DNA of 55,472 bases, from contig CAZWEY010000001.1 of the NCBI GenBank assembly GCA_964632055.1, positions 1-55,472 on the forward strand, written 5' to 3'. This document shows positions 37,201 to 45,520 of this stretch, in pieces. How positions within the stretch are numbered: position 1 is the first letter of the stretch; each line of letters begins with the position of its first letter. Under the pieces are notes generated by a model. That model was not told where the DNA came from, made no database searches, and saw only the letters and a list, made by a program, of their open reading frames with translations. A program made the translations under genes and the position numbers. Origin of the DNA: an uncultured Sphingomonadaceae bacterium (GTDB taxonomy: Bacteria; Pseudomonadota; Alphaproteobacteria; Sphingomonadales; Sphingomonadaceae).

Positions 37201-37694
37201 GCGATCAGCTGGTGTTCCGACTGGCCCGCGGTGGCGGAAGACTTGCCGCCATGATCGTCGCCCGCCAGCACGATGTAGCCGCCCGTGGCAGACGCGCCTT
37301 CCATGTTGCCGAGCTTGATCGCCTCGCCACCACGGTCCACGCCGACATGCTTGCCATACCACAGGCCGAAGATGCCCTGATATTGCGACGGACCGAACCA
37401 GCCTAGCTGCTGCGTGCCGCGAACGGCCGTTGCCGCCAGTTCCTCGTTGAGGCCCGGCTCGAAAGTGATTTCGTGCTCGTCCAGCAGCTTCTGAGCCGCC
37501 CACAGCGCCGCATCATAGACGCCGAGCGGCGAGCCGCGATAGCCGGAGATATAGCCTGCAGTCTTGAGGCCGTTGGCGCGGTCGCGTCTTGCCTGATCCA
37601 GCGGCAGGCGCACCAGCGCCTGGTTGGAGGAGATGTAAACCCTGCCTGTAAGCTGGGTGTACTTGTCCATGAGGGTGGTCGCGGTCTTGGTCAT
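34209..37694 (-). CDS. indolepyruvate:ferredoxin oxidoreductase family protein (fused alpha/beta 2-oxoacid:ferredoxin oxidoreductase)
   Basis: It is 1161 aa. It has the TPP region GDGTYSHSG, CSGCPHN, and the ferredoxin-like cluster CEGCGDCSVQSNC. The C-terminal IorB-like domain carries GGIGGTGV. Confidence 0.88.
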   Translation of the reverse strand: MTKTATTLMDKYTQLTGRVYISSNQALVRLPLDQARRDRANGLKTAGYISGYRGSPLGVYDAALWAAQKLLDEHEITFEPGLNEELAATAVRGTQQLGWFGPSQYQGIFGLWYGKHVGVDRGGEAIKLGNMEGASATGGYIVLAGDDHGGKSSATAGQSEHQLIAAMVPTLYPATTDEILEYGIAAWAMSRFSGAYVGLKCITDTLDLTASVELPDFMRQFEIPQVDMPPEGLNLSKQVSMSPLLMERILTDFRVPAAEAFARANGFDKVIFDGERRELGIVAAGKAYLDLRTAMNDLGLDEAKCRQLGIRLYKPGMIWPLEKQGATSFAMGHKAVLVVEEKRPVIEEQLALQLYSAPADMRPAIIGKKDLAGKSLLPDIGELTVALCRKALYQAIKQTGIVDAEVEARYNSFHDLEGQAILLTGSGKIRPPFYCSGCPHNTSTKVPEGSQAIAAVGCQGLAAYVMPERRTLMPVGMGADGMPWVSAGKFSDVPHMFQNMGDGTYSHSGILAIRAAVAGKANMTFKLLYNDAVAMTGGQPVEMHFSPIDMLNQLKAEGVSPILLVSDNPEQWRTLIPQGIRLHHRDELDKLQRELRELKGVSAIVYEQTCATEKRRRRKRGTYPDPDRRVFINSSVCEGCGDCSVQSNCISVTPLETEFGRKRRIDQSTCNKDFSCIKGFCPSFVTVEGAKIARHVSGDEARIEAMIKALPTPPVAEVGDGYSVMVGGIGGTGVLTVGAILGMAAHLEGKGTTILDMTGMAQKGGAVTSHIRIGKSPKDMFSTRLGIASADVILACDMIVGSGPNMLQTIKPGKTVAVVNNDVAPTGEFQTNKNYDTGETMMQDTIVKALRGGTFMGIGASRLATDLIGDSIATNVLMVGYALQKGLLPVGVEAVEEAIRLNGTFVEGNLRTLALGRLAAHDLASLEHELAPPNTLPPLDTVDQVLDSRTKLLTDWGNAAYAQGYVDYVRDIEARVKAKNLEGGDILVRDIALTLSRIMAYKDEYEVARLHTDQRFWDDLNHQFKGNFKVKFHLAPPILPGKDVNGRPLKREFGSWMLPVFKVLKKFKGLRGTALDVFGYTAERRFERQLIEDYKAQMSALVDRLTQDNLGVATEIAMAAYDVRGYGPVKEASIEEYNARLAELHRQFDAPAASKVAEPAE

Positions 37695-37772
37695 ATATGC
37701 GTCTCTTTTGCCCTGTGAGTCTCGTCGGCCTCGCGGCAGTTCTGTGATCCATATCGGGGTTCAGGAGGAAAA

Positions 37773-37919
37773 ATGAAAGGGCCATGGTTTGTCTGGGACG
37801 GCCAAACCCCTTGCCGATATTCTGCCACTGCGTGCAAGCCGGAACTATGGCGTGTGGGCCAGATTGCTTTATGGACTGGGCCAACATGTGAAAGATGCAC
37901 CAAGGGGATATCAAGATGA
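37773..37919 (+). CDS. candidate 48-codon upstream ORF (possible leader peptide); may be non-coding
   Basis: AGGAGGA lies 4 nt upstream of ATG 37773. The stop overlaps the next gene start (ATGA at 37916-37919). The peptide is MKGPWFVWDGQTPCRYSATACKPELWRVGQIALWTGPTCERCTKGISR. Its low GC3 argues against normal coding. Confidence 0.25.
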   Translation: MKGPWFVWDGQTPCRYSATACKPELWRVGQIALWTGPTCERCTKGISR

Positions 37920-39013
37920 CGCAAGCAACCGGCCCGCTCAAGGGCGTCAAGATTCTGGAGATTGCCGGGATCGGGCCTGGGCCACTGGCAGGAATGATGC
38001 TGTCCGACATGGGCGCGGATGTCCTGCGTGTCGAGCGCAAGGGGGGTAGCGGATTTCCCGGCATTTTCGTGGATGAACGCGGCCGCACCAAGATCGAACT
38101 GGATTTCAAAAAAAGCGACGACATCGAATATTGCCTCAAGCTGGCCGAATCGGCCGATGTGATCTTTGAAGGCTTCCGCCCCGGCGTCATGGAGCGGCTC
38201 GGCCTTGGCCCCGATGTGGTGCTGAAGCGCAATCCGAAGATCGTCTATGGCCGGATGACCGGATGGGGGCAGGACGGCCCCTATGCCCAGATGGCCGGCC
38301 ACGACATGAACTATCTCGCCATTTCCGGCGCTCTCTACAATATCGGATCGAAGGAAAAGCCGGTGCCACCGCTTAACCTTATCGGCGATTATGGTGGCGG
38401 CGGGGTGATGCTGGTGGTCGGCATTCTTGCTGCTGTGATCAGCGCGCGCAGCACCGGCAAGGGCCAGGTGGTGGATGCCGCCATGTGTGACGGCGTCAAC
38501 GTGCTGATGGCGATCTTCCACGGCATGCGCCATGCTGGTCAGTTTGCCGACGGGCGCGGCACCGGCATGCTCAATGGTGGCCTGCCCTTCTACGACACTT
38601 ATGAATGCGCGGATGGCGAATTTGTCTCGATCGGCTCAATCGAACCGCAGTTCTATGCCGAATTGCTCGAAAAGACCGGCCTTGCGGACGATTTCAGGGA
38701 CCGCCCGCAGATGGACCCGAAGACCTGGGCCGATCTGCGCCCGCGCCTCGAAGCGGTGTTCAAGAGCAAGACGCGCGACGAATGGAGCGCGATCATGGAA
38801 GGCTCGGACTGCTGCTTTGCGCCGATCCTCAAGCTGTCAGAAGCCTATGACCACCCGCATGCCAAGGCTCGTGGCGCCTTTATCGAACTGGATGGCATCA
38901 AGCAGCCAGCGCCTGCACCGCGTTTTTCCGAAACGCCGAGCGCGGTCCGCTGGGGCATTACCAAGCCGCGAGCGGACGTCGAAGCTGCCGTGTCCGAGTG
39001 GCTTGCGAGCTAA
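37916..39013 (+). CDS. family III CoA-transferase, alpha-methylacyl-CoA racemase-like
   Basis: The N-terminus is LKGVKILEIAGIGPGPLAGMMLSDMGADVLRVER. The start is at MTQATG after GGGGA. Confidence 0.85.
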   Translation: MTQATGPLKGVKILEIAGIGPGPLAGMMLSDMGADVLRVERKGGSGFPGIFVDERGRTKIELDFKKSDDIEYCLKLAESADVIFEGFRPGVMERLGLGPDVVLKRNPKIVYGRMTGWGQDGPYAQMAGHDMNYLAISGALYNIGSKEKPVPPLNLIGDYGGGGVMLVVGILAAVISARSTGKGQVVDAAMCDGVNVLMAIFHGMRHAGQFADGRGTGMLNGGLPFYDTYECADGEFVSIGSIEPQFYAELLEKTGLADDFRDRPQMDPKTWADLRPRLEAVFKSKTRDEWSAIMEGSDCCFAPILKLSEAYDHPHAKARGAFIELDGIKQPAPAPRFSETPSAVRWGITKPRADVEAAVSEWLAS

Positions 39014-39019
39014 GGCAGC

Positions 39020-39538
39020 CTAAACAGGGATGGGACGGATGGGATCGCTCCCGTCCCATCCCTCGGCAGCGTCGCGGATCATGTCGAACAGGCCCTTCAC
39101 ATCGGCGTTGTCCTCCAGCACTTCCGTCATGAAGCCGAGCTGGGCGCGGGTGTCGAAATAGGCCACGCGCATGGTGCCGAAAATGCCCTCGAATGCCGCC
39201 GGGGCTCCCATCGCTTCGAAGCGTGCGCGTTCCCCGTCATAATCCCCGCTGAAATAGCACACATGGTGGAAGCCTTCGGTTCCCCGCGGGACGGCATCGA
39301 GATAGATCGAGGGAGCGGGGGTCTTGGGCTGGATCAGCTCGATCTGCAATTGCCCCGCTTGGGCGAGTCCGATGTCAGAGACCTGCTTCGTCGGATTCCC
39401 CAGATAGGTGGCATTGTCGACCGTCGAGTTTTCGATCACGAAAAACGGGCCGCAGCCCATGGTTCGCTGGAAACGCGGCATGGCTTCGTGCAGATCGTTT
39501 ACGATCCAGCACGCCTGGATGATGTTATTTACCGCCAT
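39020..39538 (-). CDS. VOC (glyoxalase/bleomycin-resistance/dioxygenase) fold protein, epimerase-like
   Basis: It is 172 aa from MAVNNIIQ (AGGGAGA RBS). It shows paired beta-alpha-beta-beta-beta module patterns (IQACWIVNDL..., GFHHVCYFSGD...). Confidence 0.65.
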   Translation of the reverse strand: MAVNNIIQACWIVNDLHEAMPRFQRTMGCGPFFVIENSTVDNATYLGNPTKQVSDIGLAQAGQLQIELIQPKTPAPSIYLDAVPRGTEGFHHVCYFSGDYDGERARFEAMGAPAAFEGIFGTMRVAYFDTRAQLGFMTEVLEDNADVKGLFDMIRDAAEGWDGSDPIRPIPV

Positions 39539-39672
39539 TTGCCGATCTCCCTTTTGTCTTTGTGGTAATGTTTCGCGGGAATGCCTTTTGCCAAGCCGCG
39601 CAAGCACAACTGCTGGCAGGGTTAAGGCTTGGGCGTTAAGACACAAGCCAAATCAATCGAGAGGAGCGGCCC

Positions 39673-40473
39673 TTGGATCTCGGGCTGGAAGGCAAAAGCG
39701 TCATCGTTTCCGGCGGAAGCAAAGGCATTGGTCGCGCCATTGCCGAGGAATTCGCGCGCGAGGGGGCTAATGTCGTCATCGCCGCGCGGGGGCAGGCGGC
39801 GATTGACGAGACGGTGGAGGCCATCAGGGCTGCAGGCGGCAATGCTGCGGGATTTTCTGGCGATATGACCGATGCGGAGCAGGTCGCCGTGGTTGTCGCT
39901 TGTGCAACGGAACGGTTCGGATCGCCGGATATCGCCATCTCCAACATCGATGCGCCCGATGCGAGGCGGGGGTCTTCCTTTAATCTCAGTTTCGAGGATG
40001 CCGATTTCGACGAAGGCCACCGCTATCTTGTCAGCAGCGTTGTGCACCTCACCCGCGCCGTGCTGCCCGGCATGAAGGAAAAGCGCTGGGGCCGGTTGAT
40101 CAATATCGGCAGCCACGCGGCCAAGGAGCCACACGGCCCACCGACGCAGATGATCCAGTCCAATGTCGGCAGGCTCGCCACCGTCGGCCTGATGAAGACC
40201 CTGTCCTATGAATATGGCAAGTTCGGGATCACGGCCAATGTCATCGCGGTGGGCTATGTCGCGACCGATCTGGCGCTTGGCTGGATCGGTGCGCATGGGA
40301 TGAGCCGGCAGGGCATCGAAGCGCATATGCGCCAGACCGGCATGGGCGCCTGCCGTTTCGGAGAGCCAGAGGAGGTCGCCGCCGTTGCCGCATTCCTTGC
40401 CTCGGACCGGGCCGGTTTCATCAGCGGCGAATGCATGACCGTGACCGGCGGCATGTATCAGGGGACGTTCTGA
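39673..40473 (+). CDS. SDR-fold protein, atypical active site (tandem paralogue 1)
   Basis: It has a TTG start after GAGAGGAG and the motif VSGGSKGIGRAIA. The position of the canonical YxxxK reads SNVGR by eye alignment. Confidence 0.8.
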   Translation: MDLGLEGKSVIVSGGSKGIGRAIAEEFAREGANVVIAARGQAAIDETVEAIRAAGGNAAGFSGDMTDAEQVAVVVACATERFGSPDIAISNIDAPDARRGSSFNLSFEDADFDEGHRYLVSSVVHLTRAVLPGMKEKRWGRLINIGSHAAKEPHGPPTQMIQSNVGRLATVGLMKTLSYEYGKFGITANVIAVGYVATDLALGWIGAHGMSRQGIEAHMRQTGMGACRFGEPEEVAAVAAFLASDRAGFISGECMTVTGGMYQGTF

Positions 40474-40474
40474 G

Positions 40475-41287
40475 ATGGACCTCGGATTGCAAGGCAAGGT
40501 TGCGCTGGTATCGGGCGGCAGCAAGGGGCTGGGCCGCGCGATTGCGGGCGAGCTGGCGGCAGAAGGCGTGCAAGTCGTGATCGCGGCGCGAGGGCGCGAG
40601 GCGCTGGACAAGGCGGTGGCCGAAATCCGCAAGCTTGGCGGCGAGGCATCGGGTGTTGTTGCCGACATGGCGGACGAGCAGGCGATCAACCAGGCGGTTG
40701 CTTTTGCCACGCAGGCCTATGGCCCGCCCGATATTGCGATTGCCAATCTCGACACGCCCGATGCGCGAGCGGGATCGAGCTTCAGCATCGAGCTGGAAGA
40801 TGCCTCTGACGCCGATTTCCGTGATGCCTTCGAGACACTGGTGATGAGCGTCGTGCATTTGTCGCGCGCCGTTCTTCCGGCGATGAAGGAGCGGCAATGG
40901 GGCCGGATCGTCAATATCGGGTCCAAATCGATGAAGGCGCCGCATGCGCCGCCAACCCAGAAAATCCTGTCCAATGTGGGGCGGCTGGGCGTGGTCGGGT
41001 TGATGAAGACATTGTCGTTCGAATACGGAAAATACGGTATCACCGCCAATATCGCCGCCACCGGCCAGTTTGCCACCGACCTCGCGCGGGAAGCCTATGC
41101 CGCCAGGGGCACCACCATCGAGCAATATGAAGAACAGGTGATGCGCCCCGCAGGCCTTGGCGTATGCCGTTTCGGCAGGCCCGAAGAAATGGCGGCGCTG
41201 GTCGCGTTCCTGTGTTCCGCGCGGGCGAGCTTCGTCAATGGCGAGACCATCACCATCACCGGCGGCATGCACAAGGCAATCTTCTGA
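40475..41287 (+). CDS. SDR-fold protein, atypical active site (tandem paralogue 2)
   Basis: Its ATG lies 1 nt after the upstream stop, and it has VSGGSKGLGRAIA. It shares long blocks with its neighbour (PPTQ..SNVGRL..VGLMKTLS.EYGK.GITAN), and the canonical YxxxK again reads SNVGR. Confidence 0.8.
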   Translation: MDLGLQGKVALVSGGSKGLGRAIAGELAAEGVQVVIAARGREALDKAVAEIRKLGGEASGVVADMADEQAINQAVAFATQAYGPPDIAIANLDTPDARAGSSFSIELEDASDADFRDAFETLVMSVVHLSRAVLPAMKERQWGRIVNIGSKSMKAPHAPPTQKILSNVGRLGVVGLMKTLSFEYGKYGITANIAATGQFATDLAREAYAARGTTIEQYEEQVMRPAGLGVCRFGRPEEMAALVAFLCSARASFVNGETITITGGMHKAIF

Positions 41288-41318
41288 GCGCAGGTGCAAC
41301 CATTGAAAGGCGAGAGAC

Positions 41319-42731
41319 ATGACACCCGATGACAACCACCTGAAGCTTGCGGTCCTCGATGCGGTTCTGCGGGCGCAGGCTATGCCGGGGGCGTTTGACA
41401 TACCTAGCCTGCTGGAAGGCGTGCGCACCGGCACGAATGAGCTTTTGCTGCGCGAGGACGGGCCATTCTTCGCGCGGTTTTGCGCTGAAGGGGCGGCGCT
41501 GGCCGCCAAGGCAGGGCGCCCGGTTTCCGCGCTGACGGGCGAGCGGGACGCCGATCTTGCCGCCGTGCTTGAAGCCACTGCCGCAGCTGCTGCCGATCTG
41601 TGCGCCCGCAGGACGGCGCAGACCAAAGAGATGGTCGCCCGGCTGGTTGCGTGGGAAAAACAGCTGCATAGCTATCGCAACCAGAGGGCTGGTGCAGCGG
41701 GCGACGATCCGCGCGCCGGTATCACGGCGGAGAGGTTCGAGGCCTATCTGCGCTCCCATCGCAAGGAATGGAAAGATCCGCGGGTTTCGAATTTCCGCAT
41801 GGTGCCGGGTGGGTTTTCTAAGATCACTGTGCTGGCCGACATCAGTGATGGCGGCAAGGAGCCGGAAGGAGTGGCGCTCAGGATCGAGCCGGAACGCCGC
41901 ATGCTCGATCTCGACGGCATGCTGGTGGAAGGGGAGTATCCGCTGGTGCTCCATGCCTATCGCGCCGGACTGCCGGTGGCAGAGCCGCTGTTCATGGAAG
42001 CCGACTCGGCGCATCTGGGCCTCAAATTCATGGTGTCGCGCCGCGCGCCGGGCCGCGTGCTGGGCACTTATGCAGGTGCTGCCGAGCCGGTTGGCGAGGG
42101 CAAGCTCAAGGATGCGATATCGCTTATCGTGCGCCTGCAGAAAGTGCCGGTGGAAGGCGATCTGGTGGAACAGAGCTACATGAAGCGGTGGCTGGGCTAT
42201 GGCTCGATTGCGGATAGCACCCGCGCGGTGGTCGAATATTGGCGCGAGGTGGGCCGCATCGGCCGCGCGCCCGCTTCGGCGATCATGGAGCAGGCGACGG
42301 CATGGATGCTGGCGAATGTTCCGGCGGAACAGGGGCGCGCGGTGCTCAATCATGGCGATTACGGCTTCCACAATATCCTGTTCGATGGCGACCGGATCGC
42401 GGCCCTGCTTGACTGGGAAAATGCCCGGCTGGGCGATCCGGCAGAAGAGCTGGCGCTGTTCATCATGGCGAGTGCCGCCCATGCCAGCGCGGATCAGATC
42501 ATGGGCTGGTATAATGAGGCAGGCGGCGAGCCGATCTCGGACTATCGCCTGCGCTATTATGACGTCTTCCACACATACAAGGTGATCATTTCCGCGCTGG
42601 TGGCACTGCAACGCGTTCAGGACGATCCGCGCGGGTCGCTGAACCTGGCCGTCTTCGGGCTGCAATATATGGCACCCATGGCCGACAAGCTGGAGCAGCA
42701 GATCGCCGCTGCCGAAGCCTGCAGACCCTAG
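41319..42731 (+). CDS. APH-type phosphotransferase (kinase) family protein with N-terminal extension
   Basis: It has the catalytic and Mg loops LNHGDYGFHNILF...ALLDWENARLGDP. It is 470 aa. Confidence 0.8.
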   Translation: MTPDDNHLKLAVLDAVLRAQAMPGAFDIPSLLEGVRTGTNELLLREDGPFFARFCAEGAALAAKAGRPVSALTGERDADLAAVLEATAAAAADLCARRTAQTKEMVARLVAWEKQLHSYRNQRAGAAGDDPRAGITAERFEAYLRSHRKEWKDPRVSNFRMVPGGFSKITVLADISDGGKEPEGVALRIEPERRMLDLDGMLVEGEYPLVLHAYRAGLPVAEPLFMEADSAHLGLKFMVSRRAPGRVLGTYAGAAEPVGEGKLKDAISLIVRLQKVPVEGDLVEQSYMKRWLGYGSIADSTRAVVEYWREVGRIGRAPASAIMEQATAWMLANVPAEQGRAVLNHGDYGFHNILFDGDRIAALLDWENARLGDPAEELALFIMASAAHASADQIMGWYNEAGGEPISDYRLRYYDVFHTYKVIISALVALQRVQDDPRGSLNLAVFGLQYMAPMADKLEQQIAAAEACRP

Positions 42732-43732
42732 TTGAGTATTTTCTCGCCAGCCTGTGCCTGCGCACCCTTGGCTTTTTTCAACGCTTCGATGCGAAATTCC
42801 TTGGGCGGGGTGCCGAAAGTGGATTTGAAGATGCGGCTGAAATGGGCGGCGTCCTTGAAGCCGGCCATGAAGGCGATTTCGCGGATCGCGTAATTGGCGA
42901 GTTCAGGCGAGCTAAGCCATTCGCGGGCCTTTTCCAGCCGCTGGCTCCACACCAGCCGGGCGAAAGTCGTATTGTCGGCCTTGAGCAGATAATAGAGATA
43001 GCGCGAGGAAATGCCGCATTGCGCGGCGACGTCCTCGTAATTGAGGTCGGGATTGGTGAGGTTGCGCATGATATGCGCCTTGATATCGGCCAGGCGCAGA
43101 TTGGCGTTGCGTTCGCGCGGCGTCAGGCAATCGGACACTTCGCGCACACGGTCGGACAGAGCTTCGAGGAAGGCGGCTGCCAGCGGTTCAGCAGTGCGTG
43201 CGCCAATATTCTCTCCCAGGTCGCAGAGCAGATCGAGCAGACGCACGACGCTCTCGCGATTGGCGTAATCCAGCGCCAGCGGCTCTTCCAGGTCTGCTGC
43301 CACGGCAAGATGGCTCATGAACAGATGGGCCGGCACGATAGCATAGACGACATCGAAGCTTTCATCGTCGGGCTGCATCCTTGCATGGAAGGGCACATTC
43401 GAATCGATGATCGCACATTCTCCGGCACTGACCGAGATGCTGCCGCGTGAACGGACCAGCTGGCAGGTGCCGCGGCGCACGAACCAGATCACACGCACGC
43501 CGGATTTGTCGGCCCTGATATGCTGCCAGTTGCGGCGATAGGAGATCGAGGAATTGGAGGTCATGCGCAGCAGAGAAATCGGAGCGGACATGGCCTTTTG
43601 CGCGGTGATCGAGAAATCCGCACGCATTTCGGTCTCGAGTTCACCTTCGTAGAACTCGCGCTTCACCAGGTCGCCATAATCATGACGCAGCTCGCTCAGG
43701 TCACCGCCTGAAAAACGGTAAATCGTGTGCAT
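42728..43732 (-). CDS. AraC family transcriptional regulator (paralogue of 15904-16932)
   Basis: It has the same architecture and many shared blocks (SYRR.W.HIR, VIWFVR.GT, ISSRYLYYLLK, AGFKDAAHFSRIFKSTFG). Confidence 0.9.
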   Translation of the reverse strand: MHTIYRFSGGDLSELRHDYGDLVKREFYEGELETEMRADFSITAQKAMSAPISLLRMTSNSSISYRRNWQHIRADKSGVRVIWFVRRGTCQLVRSRGSISVSAGECAIIDSNVPFHARMQPDDESFDVVYAIVPAHLFMSHLAVAADLEEPLALDYANRESVVRLLDLLCDLGENIGARTAEPLAAAFLEALSDRVREVSDCLTPRERNANLRLADIKAHIMRNLTNPDLNYEDVAAQCGISSRYLYYLLKADNTTFARLVWSQRLEKAREWLSSPELANYAIREIAFMAGFKDAAHFSRIFKSTFGTPPKEFRIEALKKAKGAQAQAGEKILN

Positions 43733-43825
43733 TCATTCTCTCCCCGGCCTGGACATGCGGCCGCGCTCGCCTTGTTTGTGCGATTGGGGAGATGATCTGC
43801 CCGATTGCGAAGCTGGTCAAGTCCG

Positions 43826-45520
43826 TCAGCTATCCTGTCGCAGAACAGCGGCATCGCGCGCCGCGCGCCGTCCGGTGAAGATGCCATCGGCAATGGACAG
43901 CCCGCTGATATAGCCATTGGACGGCAGCCCCATGGCCGCGCGGCCCGCCGCGTATAGGCCGGGAACAGGGGTGCCATCATCTTTCAGCACGGTTCCCCGC
44001 AATTCGTCGACCTTGAGCCCTCCGAGTGTAAAGAACACGCAGAAGGAATACTTGTTTCCAATGGAAGTGTTCAGCGCGACATAAGGGCCCTCGCCGACGG
44101 GGCGGACATAGTCGGGATTCTTGCCAAAGGGATCGCCTTCACCCGATTCGAGCGCCTGGTTGAACTGCGCCACCGTGCGCTCAAGACTGGCAGCGGGCAC
44201 ACCGATCTTCCCGGCAAGCTGGGCCAGCGTCTTGCCCTTCTTCGTGCCGCCGAAAAAGCGGTTGAGCAGGCTGGGCGCGAGATAGGGATAGAAGGTGCCG
44301 TCGCCCTTGGGCAGGCACTGCATCAAAAATTCGCGGTGCAGCTTCTTGTCGAGAATGATCCAGGCGTCGGCTCCGGGCTGCATCGAGATCGCATTGCCTA
44401 GATAGGCATTATAGGCGTCCTCGTTGACGAAGCGTTCGCCATGGGAATTGACGATGATGCCTTCCACCGGCGCGCGCGGCGGGATGATCATGCGGCCCAG
44501 AAATTTGTGATCGAGCTTGCCGACTGCGCCGCCGACCGAATGACCCAGCTGGATACCGCTGCCGCTGCACCCTGCCGATCCCAGCCGCATGAGCGCGCGG
44601 AAATTCTCGCCCAAAAACGGCATGTGTTGCGAGACCATCTTCTGATTGTAGCCAAAGCCGCCGGTTGCCAGAATCACGCCGCCTTTGGCGCGGACAAATT
44701 TGCGCACGCCTTTCGCGCGTTCCAGGGCATAGGCCTCGGCCATGGCGGCTTCGGCCTTGTCGCCATTGAAGGGCTTCATCGGGTCGACCTTGAGATAGAG
44801 CGCCTGATGCTGCTTGCGGGCTTCTGCGTCTTCCAGCACGATGACTTCGACGCCGATCACTTCTTGCGCGGAATTGACCACCAGCCGGTTGGCCATGGTG
44901 TGTTCGCGAAAGCGGATGCCGTGCTTCAGGGCCGATGTCTTGAGTGCGTCGGCCAGCGCATAGCCGGTCCAGCCCTTGCCCTTGACCCGGTGGCCGCGCG
45001 CGGCAGGCTTGGCCTTGGCAGCAAAGCCCGGCACTTTTTCATTGCCGGCGTAATAGAGATATTTGTCTTCGGGCGGGTAATTGGTCTTGCCGCTGTAAAG
45101 CGAGCCTTCGAAGCCGACCCCATGGCTCACCAGCCAGTCCATGCTCTCCACGCTTTCTTCGCAGAAGCGGCGCAGGGTCTCGGGCGAAACGGCGTCGGTC
45201 ACTTCCTGGATCAGATAGTCGTAGAGGTTTTCCGGGCTGTCCTCGACGCCCGCATCCTTCTGGAACTTCGTGCCGCCGCCGGCATAGATGACGCCCCCGG
45301 AATTGCCGGTGGCGCCGCCGCCCTCGAAGCGTTCCAGAACCACGACACTGGCGCCGCGTTCATGCGCTTCCAGTGCAGCAGCGCCTCCTGCTGCACCAAA
45401 GCCGACCACCACGACATCGGCTTCTTCTGCCCAGTCGATCTGCCCTGCATCCGCGACTTCGACCGGCCCTTCGATCATGACGCCGGGTCCGGCAAGTTCC
45501 TTCAAGCTCAGTCCAGCCAT
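43826..45520 (-). CDS. FAD-dependent oxidoreductase (KstD/fumarate-reductase flavoprotein-like)
   Basis: It has DVVVVGFGAAGGAAALEA...LERFEGGGATGNSGGVIYAGG and the C-terminal VPGLYAAGRAA. Confidence 0.72.
   Translation of the reverse strand: MAGLSLKELAGPGVMIEGPVEVADAGQIDWAEEADVVVVGFGAAGGAAALEAHERGASVVVLERFEGGGATGNSGGVIYAGGGTKFQKDAGVEDSPENLYDYLIQEVTDAVSPETLRRFCEESVESMDWLVSHGVGFEGSLYSGKTNYPPEDKYLYYAGNEKVPGFAAKAKPAARGHRVKGKGWTGYALADALKTSALKHGIRFREHTMANRLVVNSAQEVIGVEVIVLEDAEARKQHQALYLKVDPMKPFNGDKAEAAMAEAYALERAKGVRKFVRAKGGVILATGGFGYNQKMVSQHMPFLGENFRALMRLGSAGCSGSGIQLGHSVGGAVGKLDHKFLGRMIIPPRAPVEGIIVNSHGERFVNEDAYNAYLGNAISMQPGADAWIILDKKLHREFLMQCLPKGDGTFYPYLAPSLLNRFFGGTKKGKTLAQLAGKIGVPAASLERTVAQFNQALESGEGDPFGKNPDYVRPVGEGPYVALNTSIGNKYSFCVFFTLGGLKVDELRGTVLKDDGTPVPGLYAAGRAAMGLPSNGYISGLSIADGIFTGRRAARDAAVLRQDS

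Noticed and set aside
35610-37406. 598-aa plus-strand ORF, and the similar 504-aa ORF at 34092-35606
   Set aside because: Both are antisense to the 1161-aa IOR-family gene, whose TPP and Fe-S motifs are unambiguous.
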